Shown here one piece after another: positions 20,256 to 29,126 of a DNA stretch of 64,000 bases; position 1 is the stretch's first letter; every line of letters begins with the position of its first letter. The notes under the pieces are model-generated. The model was not told where the DNA came from. It saw only the letters and a program-made list of their open reading frames with translations, and searched no databases. The stretch is taken from assembly GCA_048885705.1 (NCBI GenBank), contig JBHLLJ010000001.1, forward strand, positions 8,544-72,543. Direction: 5' to 3'. The position numbers and the translations under genes were made by a program. Source of the DNA: Candidatus Hermodarchaeota archaeon. Lineage in GTDB: Archaea > Asgardarchaeota > Lokiarchaeia > Sigyniarchaeales > SOKP01.

Positions 20256-21395
20256 TTAAACTCCAATTCCAATAGTATTTCCTATACCAGCTATAATAAT
20301 TTTTGAGCCTTTTTCGGTTCTTTTTCGGATAGATTGCTTTATATTTTCAATAAACTTTGGAACAGATTGAGTAATTGGGCGTTTCATAGTAGTTATCGCA
20401 TCTTCTAATGATTGTTTACAAATTAGTGCATCAATAGGAATTGCATTCCCTGTTGTTGATTCCTCAATATAATGTTTTTCGATTCCAATACCTCCTATAG
20501 CAGCTCCAACTCCAACTGCAATTGAACCAGTTTTATCTCCCGTAAGTTTTAAACCAGCATCAATCATAATTATTCTTGATATTGAATCTCCATGTTGTTC
20601 AATTAACTTTTTGATGGCTTTACCTGGTTTACCAACTGTACCACCTGGACCTTTAGCTCGAACAATAAAAATTGTTCTTCCTTCAAATTCTAATTCTTGT
20701 ACAATTGTTTCTCTTTCAAGTTCATCGGCTAAAATATCATTATTAGTTACAGTTCTTATAAAACTTGCTGCAACGAGTGGTCCAAGTCCATCTCCAATAG
20801 GACTTCCTTCTGAGAATGCTTTAGCAGCATGATAATAGGCTTTAGCCATAGTCATGATTAATCCCAATTGATATGAAATCTGGAGTAATAATATCATTGA
20901 TTTAGATTTTTTTCCTAATATAAGGTAGTGTCGGATTAATCGATAGATAAAATCAATTGCCATAGTTGCTTCTAATAGATTCTCTAAATTGGATCTTTGA
21001 ACAGGATCAGCATTTGGAGCTAGTATTGCAACCTCTTCTTTAAACCTATTATCTCTCACATCTACAATATGATCAAATTTAGGAATGATTCCGTAAGGAT
21101 CGAGAGAAACTGGAGATATAGTTATAAAAGTGAGGAAATCTTCAATTTGGAACATTAAATCTTTCTGTGTCTTTTTTTTATCTGCAAACTCTTTAAAATT
21201 CGCAACTAAAATTTCTTTACATTCATCATTCCATTTTTTTAATTTCTCTAAAGCAGTTTGGATTTCTCTAGATGCCTTCCATGCTTGTAATTTTTGCCCA
21301 TAAAACATAGAAATAAATATGAGCAAGAACCATAATAAAGATATTATTAGAGAAATAGGATCTGTACCAGTGCCAGTTTGATATATAATATTCAT
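20256..21395 (-). CDS. N-terminally membrane-anchored conserved hypothetical protein (possibly archaeal DUF1512-like; unverified)
   Basis: 379 aa. One N-terminal TM segment (ISLIISLLWFLLIFISMFY) is followed by a soluble Gly-rich C-terminal half (GPGGTVGKPGKA..., VGVGAAIGGIGIE). The family name is from memory only. Confidence 0.55.
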   Translation of the reverse strand: MNIIYQTGTGTDPISLIISLLWFLLIFISMFYGQKLQAWKASREIQTALEKLKKWNDECKEILVANFKEFADKKKTQKDLMFQIEDFLTFITISPVSLDPYGIIPKFDHIVDVRDNRFKEEVAILAPNADPVQRSNLENLLEATMAIDFIYRLIRHYLILGKKSKSMILLLQISYQLGLIMTMAKAYYHAAKAFSEGSPIGDGLGPLVAASFIRTVTNNDILADELERETIVQELEFEGRTIFIVRAKGPGGTVGKPGKAIKKLIEQHGDSISRIIMIDAGLKLTGDKTGSIAVGVGAAIGGIGIEKHYIEESTTGNAIPIDALICKQSLEDAITTMKRPITQSVPKFIENIKQSIRKRTEKGSKIIIAGIGNTIGIGV

Positions 21396-21515
21396 CTCTT
21401 TGTTAAAATTATAGGTTATTTTGAAAAAATTAACCTTCTGAATTTTTATAATAAAAAAATTTATTTATTCTTTTCGATTATAAAGCATAGAAAAGAAGAT
21501 ATTAAAACACATCCT

Positions 21516-21950
21516 ATGATTGACGAAGAAGATGATGAGGAAATATTAAAGAAAGGAATCACCCTTAAAAGCATTTTAAAAAACCTTGCTTTAATTTTGC
21601 TAATTTTAATTGGGGTGCTATTTATATATCTTGATCTTCCATTTGATCAATTAACCCGTTGGTCAATTGGTTTTATGCTGATTTGCTTTGGAGCTACATT
21701 AATCCAATTTCAAAAAAGTGCTCCTGAACCTATTAGACAGACTCTAACAATTTTGATCTGCAAGTTATGTGGAATTACAAAAGTAAGGAATTACCAGAAA
21801 GGAGATTATGTGTTTAAACAATTAGACAAATGTGAAAAATGTGAGGACTTAATGGAGATAAAGCAAATTTATTCTGTTAGATTAAAGAGCCCTACTGAAA
21901 AAACTAAAGTGCAAGAACAAAAGAAAGAAAATTTAAAGGTTAAAAAATAA
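21516..21950 (+). CDS. small membrane protein with C-terminal CxxC...CxxC zinc ribbon
   Basis: The track ORF starts at 21378 and overlaps the divergent gene. The internal Met at 21516 (MIDEEDDEE...) is the more plausible start. Two TM helices are followed by CKLCG-x18-CEKCE. Confidence 0.5.
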   Translation: MIDEEDDEEILKKGITLKSILKNLALILLILIGVLFIYLDLPFDQLTRWSIGFMLICFGATLIQFQKSAPEPIRQTLTILICKLCGITKVRNYQKGDYVFKQLDKCEKCEDLMEIKQIYSVRLKSPTEKTKVQEQKKENLKVKK

Positions 21951-21978
21951 AATTAAATACTATTATTTTCAACTTAGT

Positions 21979-21985
21979 AGGGGGT
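21979..21985 (+). promoter_or_regulatory. Shine-Dalgarno-like AGGGGGT, 7 nt upstream of the ATT codon at 21993
   Basis: It has one mismatch to AGGAGGT. It sits in the only open stretch upstream of the PPAT nucleotide-binding motif. Confidence 0.45.
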
Positions 21986-21992
21986 TTTATAG

Positions 21993-22439
21993 ATTCTCAA
22001 GAAGGTTGGATTAGGAGGAACTTTCGATCATCTCCACGAGGGTCATAAATTTCTTTTGAAAATAGCATTATCTTTATCTGAATTTGTTGAAATAGGATTA
22101 ACTTCTCAAGACTTATTAAAAAATAAACAATATGCCTCAAAATTAGAAGATTATGACGCGAGAAAGGAAAATTTGAAATCGTTTGTAAATTCCATTGCTG
22201 ATTTAAATCGTATTAGGATTGTAGAAATAAAGAATTGGGAAGATATGGATAAATATGCTCAAGATCCAGAATATGAAGGTCTAGTTGTCAGTCAGGAAAC
22301 ATACGAAAATGGCCTAAAATTAAATGAGAATAGAGAAAGAATAGGATTAAAGCCTCTCGTTTTAATTGTAATTCCCTTACTCAAAGATAGTAATAATAAA
22401 AAAATTAATTCTACTTCAATAAGAGGAAAAATTAAATAA
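21993..22439 (+). CDS. phosphopantetheine adenylyltransferase, archaeal type (cytidylyltransferase-like fold)
   Basis: The track starts at a TTG (22056). The frame is open from 21993 and there encodes ILKKVGLGGTFDHLHEGHKFLLK, which is the GGTFDxLHxGH nucleotidyltransferase signature. In-frame stops lie at 21975, 21978 and 21990. No ATG, GTG or TTG lies between 21993 and the motif, so I propose the ATT at 21993 as the start. Confidence 0.7.
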   Translation: MLKKVGLGGTFDHLHEGHKFLLKIALSLSEFVEIGLTSQDLLKNKQYASKLEDYDARKENLKSFVNSIADLNRIRIVEIKNWEDMDKYAQDPEYEGLVVSQETYENGLKLNENRERIGLKPLVLIVIPLLKDSNNKKINSTSIRGKIK

Positions 22440-22961
22440 AAAAAATTAGGTTTATAATAATTATTTTAACTTCTTCTTGAGAAAAAGTGAATTAACTATA
22501 CTTATAACACCAATTGTTACAATTAATTGATGTTCAGGTATTCTATGTGGAGCTTGGAATATTAAAGATATTAATGATAAGAAGATTAGTTTTGCCTTAA
22601 TAAGAATATTTTTTAGGAATTAAATATATAGTAATTATAATTAAAATGAATTCTTGAACCGGTAAATATGATTTTAAAGACTTTGGATATTAAGTTATAT
22701 CGAAATTTTTATCAAGATTCATTTTTCTTTGTATTCTTTATATTGCCAAGGGAACGCCAATTTTAAATTAAAATTACTCCCTTGGCTACTGACTTAATTA
22801 GTTTTTCATTATTCAAAATTTAAAATCTGAATATCTAAAAAGTAATGGGATCTTTCTAATTCAAGATCGGGCTATTTACAATGATTAAATTCACGAAAGA
22901 TTTAAATAACTTAGAGATTTTAAAAGATATAAGAAAAATGTAAAAATAATAGCCTAAGTAG

Positions 22962-24503
22962 ATGACAATTAAACTTAAAAAACAAACCATAGAAATTTTA
23001 AAAGTGTTAAAGAAAAAGCCTTCGGATGTATTGGCAAAAGAATTAGCAAGAGATTTAAAAATTGATTATATAGTGCTTATGTCAGCGATAAATGAATTAA
23101 TTGAGTATGATTTAGGAGGTTTTAAGGAAGAGGGAATATATCAGATTTCTTTAAATGATGAAGGTATAAATTATTTAGAAAATGGGCTTCCTGAACGTCA
23201 ATTACTTAATATTTTGTTAGAAAGTTCTATTAAGGAAATAGGTATAGACGATTTATTAAAAAGATCAAAACTGAATAGAAAAATTTTTTATGTTGGTATT
23301 TCGAATCTTAAAAAAAATCGATGGGTCGCTCAAAGTAAAGCTTCTGGAGAAAATAAAATATATCTAATCTCAGAGGAATTTCCTCAAACTGAAAGTGAAA
23401 AGTTTCTTCTTAATTTTAAAGAAAAATCTATACTTGATCATTCTACTCTTTCAAACGATGAATTAAAGCAATTAGATCTTCTAAATAAACGAAAATTAAT
23501 TAAGAAAGATCATAAAACGCAGAGAATCATCTATTTAACTGAAAAAGGAAAAAAAACTGCAATTACGAAGATAAAAGAATTAGAGCAAATCAGTAAAATT
23601 ACTCACGAAATGCTTAGCTCTAAAACATGGAACAAATATGAATTAAAACCTTTTGATGTTACTAAATCAGGACCTTTATTAAAAGCTGGAAAAATTCATC
23701 CATTAATAAATTTAATTAATGAAATTAGAGAGATATTTTTATCAATGGGATTTATAGAAATAAGGGGGCCTATTATAGAGAGTGCTTTTTACAATTTTGA
23801 TGCTTTATTTCAGCCACAAGACCATCCTGCCAGAGAATTACAAGATACTTTTTACTTAAACAATCCGAAAGTTGCAAAATTACCAGAAAAAGATAGAGTC
23901 TTAGCTGTGAAAAAAACTCATGAAACTGGTGGTGATAGTGGATCTCTTGGGTGGGGATATGAATGGGATGAAAATATAGCAAAACAAACTGTATTAAGAC
24001 CTCATACAACAGCTACAACTATGAGAAGATTGGCCCAATTTTACAGAAACAAGGAAAAAGTACCAGTAAAAGTATTTTGTATAGATAGAGTATTTCGAAA
24101 TGAAAAGCTTGATAAATCTCATTTGGCAGAATTCACTCAGATAGAAGGGATTGTTATTGATGATAATGCAAATCTATGTGACTTAATTGGATTATTATCT
24201 GAATTCTATCGAAAAATGGGTTTTAAGAAGATAATCACTAGACCCGGATTCTTCCCTTATACTGAACCAAGTATGGAAGTAGCAGTATATTATGATAAAT
24301 TGAATGAATGGTTAGAAATGGGAGGATCAGGAATTTTTCGACCAGAGGTTACATATCCATGGGGAATTAAAGAACCTACGAGAGTTTTAGCTTGGGGTCA
24401 AGGTCTTGAAAGGATAGCAATGCCATATTATGAACGGACAGATATACGAGATTTTTATATTAATCCAATAAAATGGTTGAGGGAACAATCGTATCTTAAA
24501 TGA
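22962..24503 (+). CDS. pheS: phenylalanyl-tRNA synthetase alpha subunit (archaeal/eukaryotic type)
   Basis: 513 aa. A long N-terminal winged-helix-like region precedes the class II core (FQPQDHPARELQDTF, LRPHTTA, RVFRNE..., GFFPYTEPS, GSGIFRPEV). Confidence 0.95.
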   Translation: MTIKLKKQTIEILKVLKKKPSDVLAKELARDLKIDYIVLMSAINELIEYDLGGFKEEGIYQISLNDEGINYLENGLPERQLLNILLESSIKEIGIDDLLKRSKLNRKIFYVGISNLKKNRWVAQSKASGENKIYLISEEFPQTESEKFLLNFKEKSILDHSTLSNDELKQLDLLNKRKLIKKDHKTQRIIYLTEKGKKTAITKIKELEQISKITHEMLSSKTWNKYELKPFDVTKSGPLLKAGKIHPLINLINEIREIFLSMGFIEIRGPIIESAFYNFDALFQPQDHPARELQDTFYLNNPKVAKLPEKDRVLAVKKTHETGGDSGSLGWGYEWDENIAKQTVLRPHTTATTMRRLAQFYRNKEKVPVKVFCIDRVFRNEKLDKSHLAEFTQIEGIVIDDNANLCDLIGLLSEFYRKMGFKKIITRPGFFPYTEPSMEVAVYYDKLNEWLEMGGSGIFRPEVTYPWGIKEPTRVLAWGQGLERIAMPYYERTDIRDFYINPIKWLREQSYLK

Positions 24504-24508
24504 GGTGA
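24502..24508 (+). promoter_or_regulatory. Shine-Dalgarno GAGGTGA for pheT, overlapping the pheS stop
   Basis: The motif is complementary to the canonical 16S 3' tail. It lies 4 nt before the ATG at 24513. Confidence 0.55.
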
Positions 24509-24512
24509 AAGA

Positions 24513-26189
24513 ATGCCCACTATTGAATTAAAAATTGAAAGATTAGAAAAGCTAGTTGGAAAAAAATTAGACTTAAAAGAATTAGAATATGATTTGCAAT
24601 GGATAGGATTAGATTTAGAAGATATTAACTTAGAAGAAAAAAAAGTAAAAGTAGAATATAATCCAAATAGACCTGATTTTTCTAGTCCTGAGGGAATTGC
24701 TAGAGCACTGAAAGGGTACTATGAAATTGAGCTAGGTCTCCCATCTTATGAGATACTTAAGGGAGAAATTGTATTGAATGTTGATCCTAGTGTAAAGAAA
24801 GTGAGACCGTATATCGTATGTGCAGTCATTAGAGATATTGATTTAGATGAGGATGAGGTTGCTACTTTAATGAACATTCAGGAGCAATTACATTGGGCGG
24901 TAGGAAGAGATAGAAAGAAAGTAGCTATCGGAGTTCATGATTTAGATAAAATTATGCCTCCTTATAGATATACTGCTGTGAAGCCAGATTCGGTGAGTTT
25001 TACACCTTTACATGGAGATGGATATCCAATGAATCTAGAAGAGATTTTATTATTACATGAGAAAGGGATTGAATATGCTCACGTTTTAGAAGGAAAGGAT
25101 GTATATCCCATAATTTTTGATAATAATAATGAAGTTCTCTCATTTCCCCCTATTATTAACGGCGTACTTACAACTGTTACAGATGATACAAAGAATTTGT
25201 TTTTAGACTTAACTGGAACTGATTTTAAGGCAGTAAATTTGGCATTAAATATTTTATCTACAACTTTAGCAGACATGGGTGCTAAGATAGAAAGAGTTAA
25301 AGTAAATTATCAAGGAGAAAAAGAAATTTATACTCCTAATTTGGAACCTAAAAAGTGGGAAGTAAAAGTTGATTATATCAATAATGTTGTTGGTTTAGAG
25401 TTACCAGTACCAGAAATGATTAGATGTTTTCAAAAAGTTAGATTGGAGGCAAATAAGTCTAAAAAGCAAGGTTATTTGGATATTTGGGTTCCAGCCTATC
25501 GTGGAGATGTTATGCATACAGTAGATTTTACTGAAGAATGTGCAATTGGCTATGGTTATTTTAATTTACCACTCACAATTAAAACAGGTGGGGTGGGAGG
25601 ATATCATCATATAGTAGATTTTTCGAACAAGATTAGAAAAATTATGATTGGAGCAGGATATTTAGAAATAGTTAATTTCATTCTAACAAGCTCAGAAAAG
25701 CAATTTACTCTTATGAGACAAGATTATGAATCTGCAAATATAGTAGAAATTGCAAATCCTGTCTCAAAAGAATACGATACAACTAGAATTAGATTGTTAC
25801 CTCAACTAATGGACACTTTACTATTAAATCGTTCAGAAGAGAAACCAATTAGGATCTTTGAAGTAGGGGATGTAATTTTATTGAACCCTAATGAGGAAAC
25901 TGGTGCTAAAAGGGAAGTTCATCTTTCTGCTGTTACTTATCATGACGAAGCTGATTTCACAGAGATCAGATCTACTTTAGATTTTATAATGGGCTCTCTT
26001 GGACATAAATATAATTTTATAGTTAAGCCTGATAAGAATTTGAGCTATATTGATGGTCGTTATGGAACAATTTATTTGAACGGGAAAAAGATAGGAGAGA
26101 TTGGTGAAATTAATCCCGAAGTGTTAACTAATTTCAAATTAGAGTTTCCAGCAGCGGCTATAGAATTAAATTTAGAAATTTTCTTTTAA
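24513..26189 (+). CDS. pheT: phenylalanyl-tRNA synthetase beta subunit (archaeal type)
   Basis: 558 aa, the short archaeal/eukaryotic form. Contains B3/4-like and B5-like regions (NPNRPDFSSPEGIARAL, VPAYRGDVMH). It is translationally coupled to pheS. Confidence 0.93.
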   Translation: MPTIELKIERLEKLVGKKLDLKELEYDLQWIGLDLEDINLEEKKVKVEYNPNRPDFSSPEGIARALKGYYEIELGLPSYEILKGEIVLNVDPSVKKVRPYIVCAVIRDIDLDEDEVATLMNIQEQLHWAVGRDRKKVAIGVHDLDKIMPPYRYTAVKPDSVSFTPLHGDGYPMNLEEILLLHEKGIEYAHVLEGKDVYPIIFDNNNEVLSFPPIINGVLTTVTDDTKNLFLDLTGTDFKAVNLALNILSTTLADMGAKIERVKVNYQGEKEIYTPNLEPKKWEVKVDYINNVVGLELPVPEMIRCFQKVRLEANKSKKQGYLDIWVPAYRGDVMHTVDFTEECAIGYGYFNLPLTIKTGGVGGYHHIVDFSNKIRKIMIGAGYLEIVNFILTSSEKQFTLMRQDYESANIVEIANPVSKEYDTTRIRLLPQLMDTLLLNRSEEKPIRIFEVGDVILLNPNEETGAKREVHLSAVTYHDEADFTEIRSTLDFIMGSLGHKYNFIVKPDKNLSYIDGRYGTIYLNGKKIGEIGEINPEVLTNFKLEFPAAAIELNLEIFF

Positions 26190-26217
26190 GTAGATTTTTC
26201 TTAATTTCTAGTTATGG

Positions 26218-26532
26218 GTGGCTTTAATCATGTTAAAAGAAAATAAGGTATTTGATGAAGAATTGGAAAAATATAGGAAAAAAATTGATAGAATAGATGA
26301 TAAAATTATTAAACTCTTAGATGAACGAGGAAAACTGGCTAAAAATTTGGGAATATTTAAAAAAAAGCATAATGTTGATATTTATCAACCCGAACGGGAA
26401 GAATATGTTATTGAAAGAATGAGTAATAAGTCTAAAATTCTGAAGAATATAAGCATCGAATCTATTTGGAGAGAAATTATTAAAGGGTGCAAAATTATCC
26501 AAACCATGGATATTCCAGAGAAAAAATACTAA
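26218..26532 (+). CDS. chorismate mutase, AroQ class (monofunctional)
   Basis: About 100 aa. Contains LEKYRKKIDRIDDKIIKLLDERGKLAKNLG...PEREEYVIERM, the typical AroQ helix pattern. The start is either GTG 26218 or ATG 26230. Confidence 0.85.
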   Translation: MALIMLKENKVFDEELEKYRKKIDRIDDKIIKLLDERGKLAKNLGIFKKKHNVDIYQPEREEYVIERMSNKSKILKNISIESIWREIIKGCKIIQTMDIPEKKY

Positions 26533-26635
26533 AAATTTGATTTTTAGAAACTTTTTTACTTCACAAAAAATATATTAATATACTTTATAACAAGAATTTT
26601 TAAAACATCTATCAATAGAAAAATGGTTTAATTTC

Positions 26636-27352
26636 ATGGCAGGGAATATAAGGATTGATGGCAGGAAATTTGATGAACTAAGGAATATTCAAATTAAAAG
26701 AAATTATCTTAAATATCCTGAAGGTTCAGTATTGATAACTCAAGGTGGTACAAAAATTATTATAACGGCATCAGTTATTGAATCAGTTCCACGGTTTTTA
26801 ATAGATACAGGAACAGGATGGATAACAGCAGAGTATTCAATGTTACCAAGAGCAACTCAAGTAAGAAATCAAAGAGAAACTTACAGGGGTAGATCAATCG
26901 AAATACAGAGGTTAATTGGACGAAGTATTCGTGCTGCTTTTAATTATGAGAAACTGGGAGAACGAACAATAAAAGTGGATTGCGATGTAATTCAAGCTGA
27001 TGGAGGAACAAGATGTGCATCTATTACAGGAGCATTTATTGCTGTTTTTGACGCTATAAATTATCTCTACAACCAACAACTTATTTATGATTTTCCAAAT
27101 TATAAATTAACAGCTGCAGTTTCTCTAGGTATAAAAAATAACCAGATTCTATTAGATTTAGATTATAATGAAGATTCAAAAGTTGATGCGGATTTTAATT
27201 TAGTCATGAATGAGGACTCAGAAATTATTGAAATACAAGGAACTGCTGAAGGGGCTACTTTTTCAAAGAATAAATTAAGAGAGATTATAGATTTAGGAGA
27301 AAAAGGTATTTTACAATTAATGAATATTCAAAAAAGTGAACTAAATTTGTAG
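26636..27352 (+). CDS. rph: ribonuclease PH (bacterial Rph type)
   Basis: 238 aa. Contains RIDGRKFDELR, GWITAEYSMLPRAT, GRSIEIQRLIGRSIRA, DCDVIQADGGTRCASITGA and LDLDYNEDSKVDADFNLVM, which run collinear with bacterial Rph rather than exosome Rrp41/42. Confidence 0.9.
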   Translation: MAGNIRIDGRKFDELRNIQIKRNYLKYPEGSVLITQGGTKIIITASVIESVPRFLIDTGTGWITAEYSMLPRATQVRNQRETYRGRSIEIQRLIGRSIRAAFNYEKLGERTIKVDCDVIQADGGTRCASITGAFIAVFDAINYLYNQQLIYDFPNYKLTAAVSLGIKNNQILLDLDYNEDSKVDADFNLVMNEDSEIIEIQGTAEGATFSKNKLREIIDLGEKGILQLMNIQKSELNL

Positions 27353-27432
27353 TTTTCATCCTTTTGAATGAAGATTTAACATATAAAACCGATTCTATTT
27401 TTCTATAATATTTAAACAAATATTCTAATGAA

Positions 27433-27603
27433 ATGGGGTTGGGTTTTGATTTGGAAGAAATACCTCCTTGTCCTATTTTATATATAGCAAATGATTTGTT
27501 GAATTCTTTGACAAGTATTGATATTATTGTTAAAATTTATCAACAAAAAAGGAAAATAGTTAGAGATTTGATTCAAAAATATAAGGGAGGAGAAGCAATA
27601 TAA
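27433..27603 (+). CDS. possible small protein (56 aa), unknown function
   Basis: An ATG ORF below the track threshold: MGLGFDLEEIPPCPILYIANDLLNSLTSIDIIVKIYQQKRKIVRDLIQKYKGGEAI. It has no recognisable motif. It is the only open frame in the 266-bp spacer. Confidence 0.2.
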   Translation: MGLGFDLEEIPPCPILYIANDLLNSLTSIDIIVKIYQQKRKIVRDLIQKYKGGEAI

Positions 27604-27618
27604 AAATCTTTAATCGGG

Positions 27619-28770
27619 TTAATGGGCTTCAATTCCTAATTGTTCTGGATGGTTTTGAAAGTATTCTACTCCATCTTTGATTATATCAATTATCGATCTT
27701 ACTGGTCTCCACCCAGTTTCTTTTAAGATTTTATCATTTCTGCCAATTAATAATGGAACTTCACTGGGACGCATTCTTTCCGTATTTACAAACTCCCTTG
27801 CAGAAATATTAAAAATTTTCTTCGCAATTTTAATATAATCCATAACGGTAATTCCCTTTCCAGAACATACGTTAAAAGGATCCCCATATTTTTTCTTTTC
27901 GCTAACTAAGATATATGCATTGACAGTATCTTTTACATGAGTAAAATCTCGAATAGCATTAGGATTTCCAACGATAATGTTATCTCTCTTTTTTTGTAGA
28001 ATTTCAACAATCTGTCGATGTATTACACTCGTGACAAATTGAATACCTCTCCGCGGACCTTCATGATTGAATCCTCTAGTTATGATACTAGGAACATTAT
28101 AGGAATTATGATATAGCCAAGCTATGTGTTCTGTAGCAACTTTAGATATTCCATAAACACTTCTTGGACGAAATGGGTTAATCTTTACGTCTTCTACAAC
28201 AGGAATTTCGTTAGGATCAACTAATCCATATTGTTCACTACTACAAGCGACATGAATACTTTCTAAATTTTGATCAATTCTTCGTGCTGCTTCAAATATT
28301 TTAATTGTTCCTACAATATTATTATGAATAACTCGAGCAGGTTCTCTGAAAGAGGTTGGAACAAAGGATTCTGCAGCAAGGTGAAATACTGCATTAGGTT
28401 CAATTTCTTCGAAGATCCCTAAAATTCTTTCGGCACTTGTTATATCTGCTTCATGTAATGTAATTTTCCCTCGTAAATGTTCTATATTTTCATGCATAGG
28501 AACTGCATGTCGCCTTATCGTTCCATGAACTTCACAACCTAAATCTAACAATTGCTCTGCTAAATGACTTCCAGCAAAACCACTAATTCCTGTAATAAGA
28601 ATCCTTTTTTCCTTCCAGTACTTACTATCTGGTAAAGCAGAAGTTCGATTCTTGAACTCAAGTATATAATCATCAATTTTCTCTGGTTTTATAATATAAC
28701 CTTGGTTTTCAAGTTCTTTGACCCTAATATTTTCTTCTAAAAGTTGTTCAATTGGTATAAGATCTTCCAT
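27619..28770 (-). CDS. SDR-family NAD-dependent sugar-nucleotide dehydratase/epimerase (GDP-mannose 4,6-dehydratase/Rmd-like) with a ~55 aa N-terminal extension
   Basis: 383 aa. Contains the Rossmann motif ILITGISGFAGSHLAEQLL, ACSSEQYG and YGISKVATEH (the S/T...YxxxK triad). The first ~55 residues have no SDR counterpart. Confidence 0.85.
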   Translation of the reverse strand: MEDLIPIEQLLEENIRVKELENQGYIIKPEKIDDYILEFKNRTSALPDSKYWKEKRILITGISGFAGSHLAEQLLDLGCEVHGTIRRHAVPMHENIEHLRGKITLHEADITSAERILGIFEEIEPNAVFHLAAESFVPTSFREPARVIHNNIVGTIKIFEAARRIDQNLESIHVACSSEQYGLVDPNEIPVVEDVKINPFRPRSVYGISKVATEHIAWLYHNSYNVPSIITRGFNHEGPRRGIQFVTSVIHRQIVEILQKKRDNIIVGNPNAIRDFTHVKDTVNAYILVSEKKKYGDPFNVCSGKGITVMDYIKIAKKIFNISAREFVNTERMRPSEVPLLIGRNDKILKETGWRPVRSIIDIIKDGVEYFQNHPEQLGIEAH

Positions 28771-29126
28771 GATAATATTTGTAATTTATCTTTGATTTAT
28801 TTTTAATTTAACTATTAAAAATTTACCACATTTTTAATAATTGATTAATTAATTCCTTGGATAAGGATATAATATAATTTTCTATAAATTTTATGATATT
28901 ATCACTGATAACCTCAATAAATATCAGAAATAAAATTAAAAATTTTATGATTTATGCATACAAAACCATAATTCATATCTATTTGAAATATGAAAGATAA
29001 TTTATTAACTCAATAACTAATTTCTTGTTTGAGATAAATTATATATGATCCTGATTTTTAACACATAATTGTATCTATATTTTAAATCTTGGAGATTAAA
29101 AAATTAATCAATTACACAAGAAAAAA

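Noticed and set aside
750-20832. Many short ORFs in the track that are antisense to, or out of frame within, well-supported genes (e.g. 750-1010, 946-1152, 2071-2268, 2387-2590, 6912-7163, 9408-9668, 9681-9914, 12402-12617, 13903-14253, 18475-18708, 19788-20036, 20611-20832).
   Set aside because: Their translations are low-complexity and lack motifs. Each lies fully inside a gene with strong family signatures on the other strand or frame.
21378-21515. The N-terminal 46 codons of track ORF 21378-21950.
   Set aside because: This stretch overlaps the start of the divergent gene 20256-21395 and translates to AT-rich low-complexity sequence. The internal Met at 21516 followed by an acidic N-terminus and TM helices is more plausible. 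I could not prove this.
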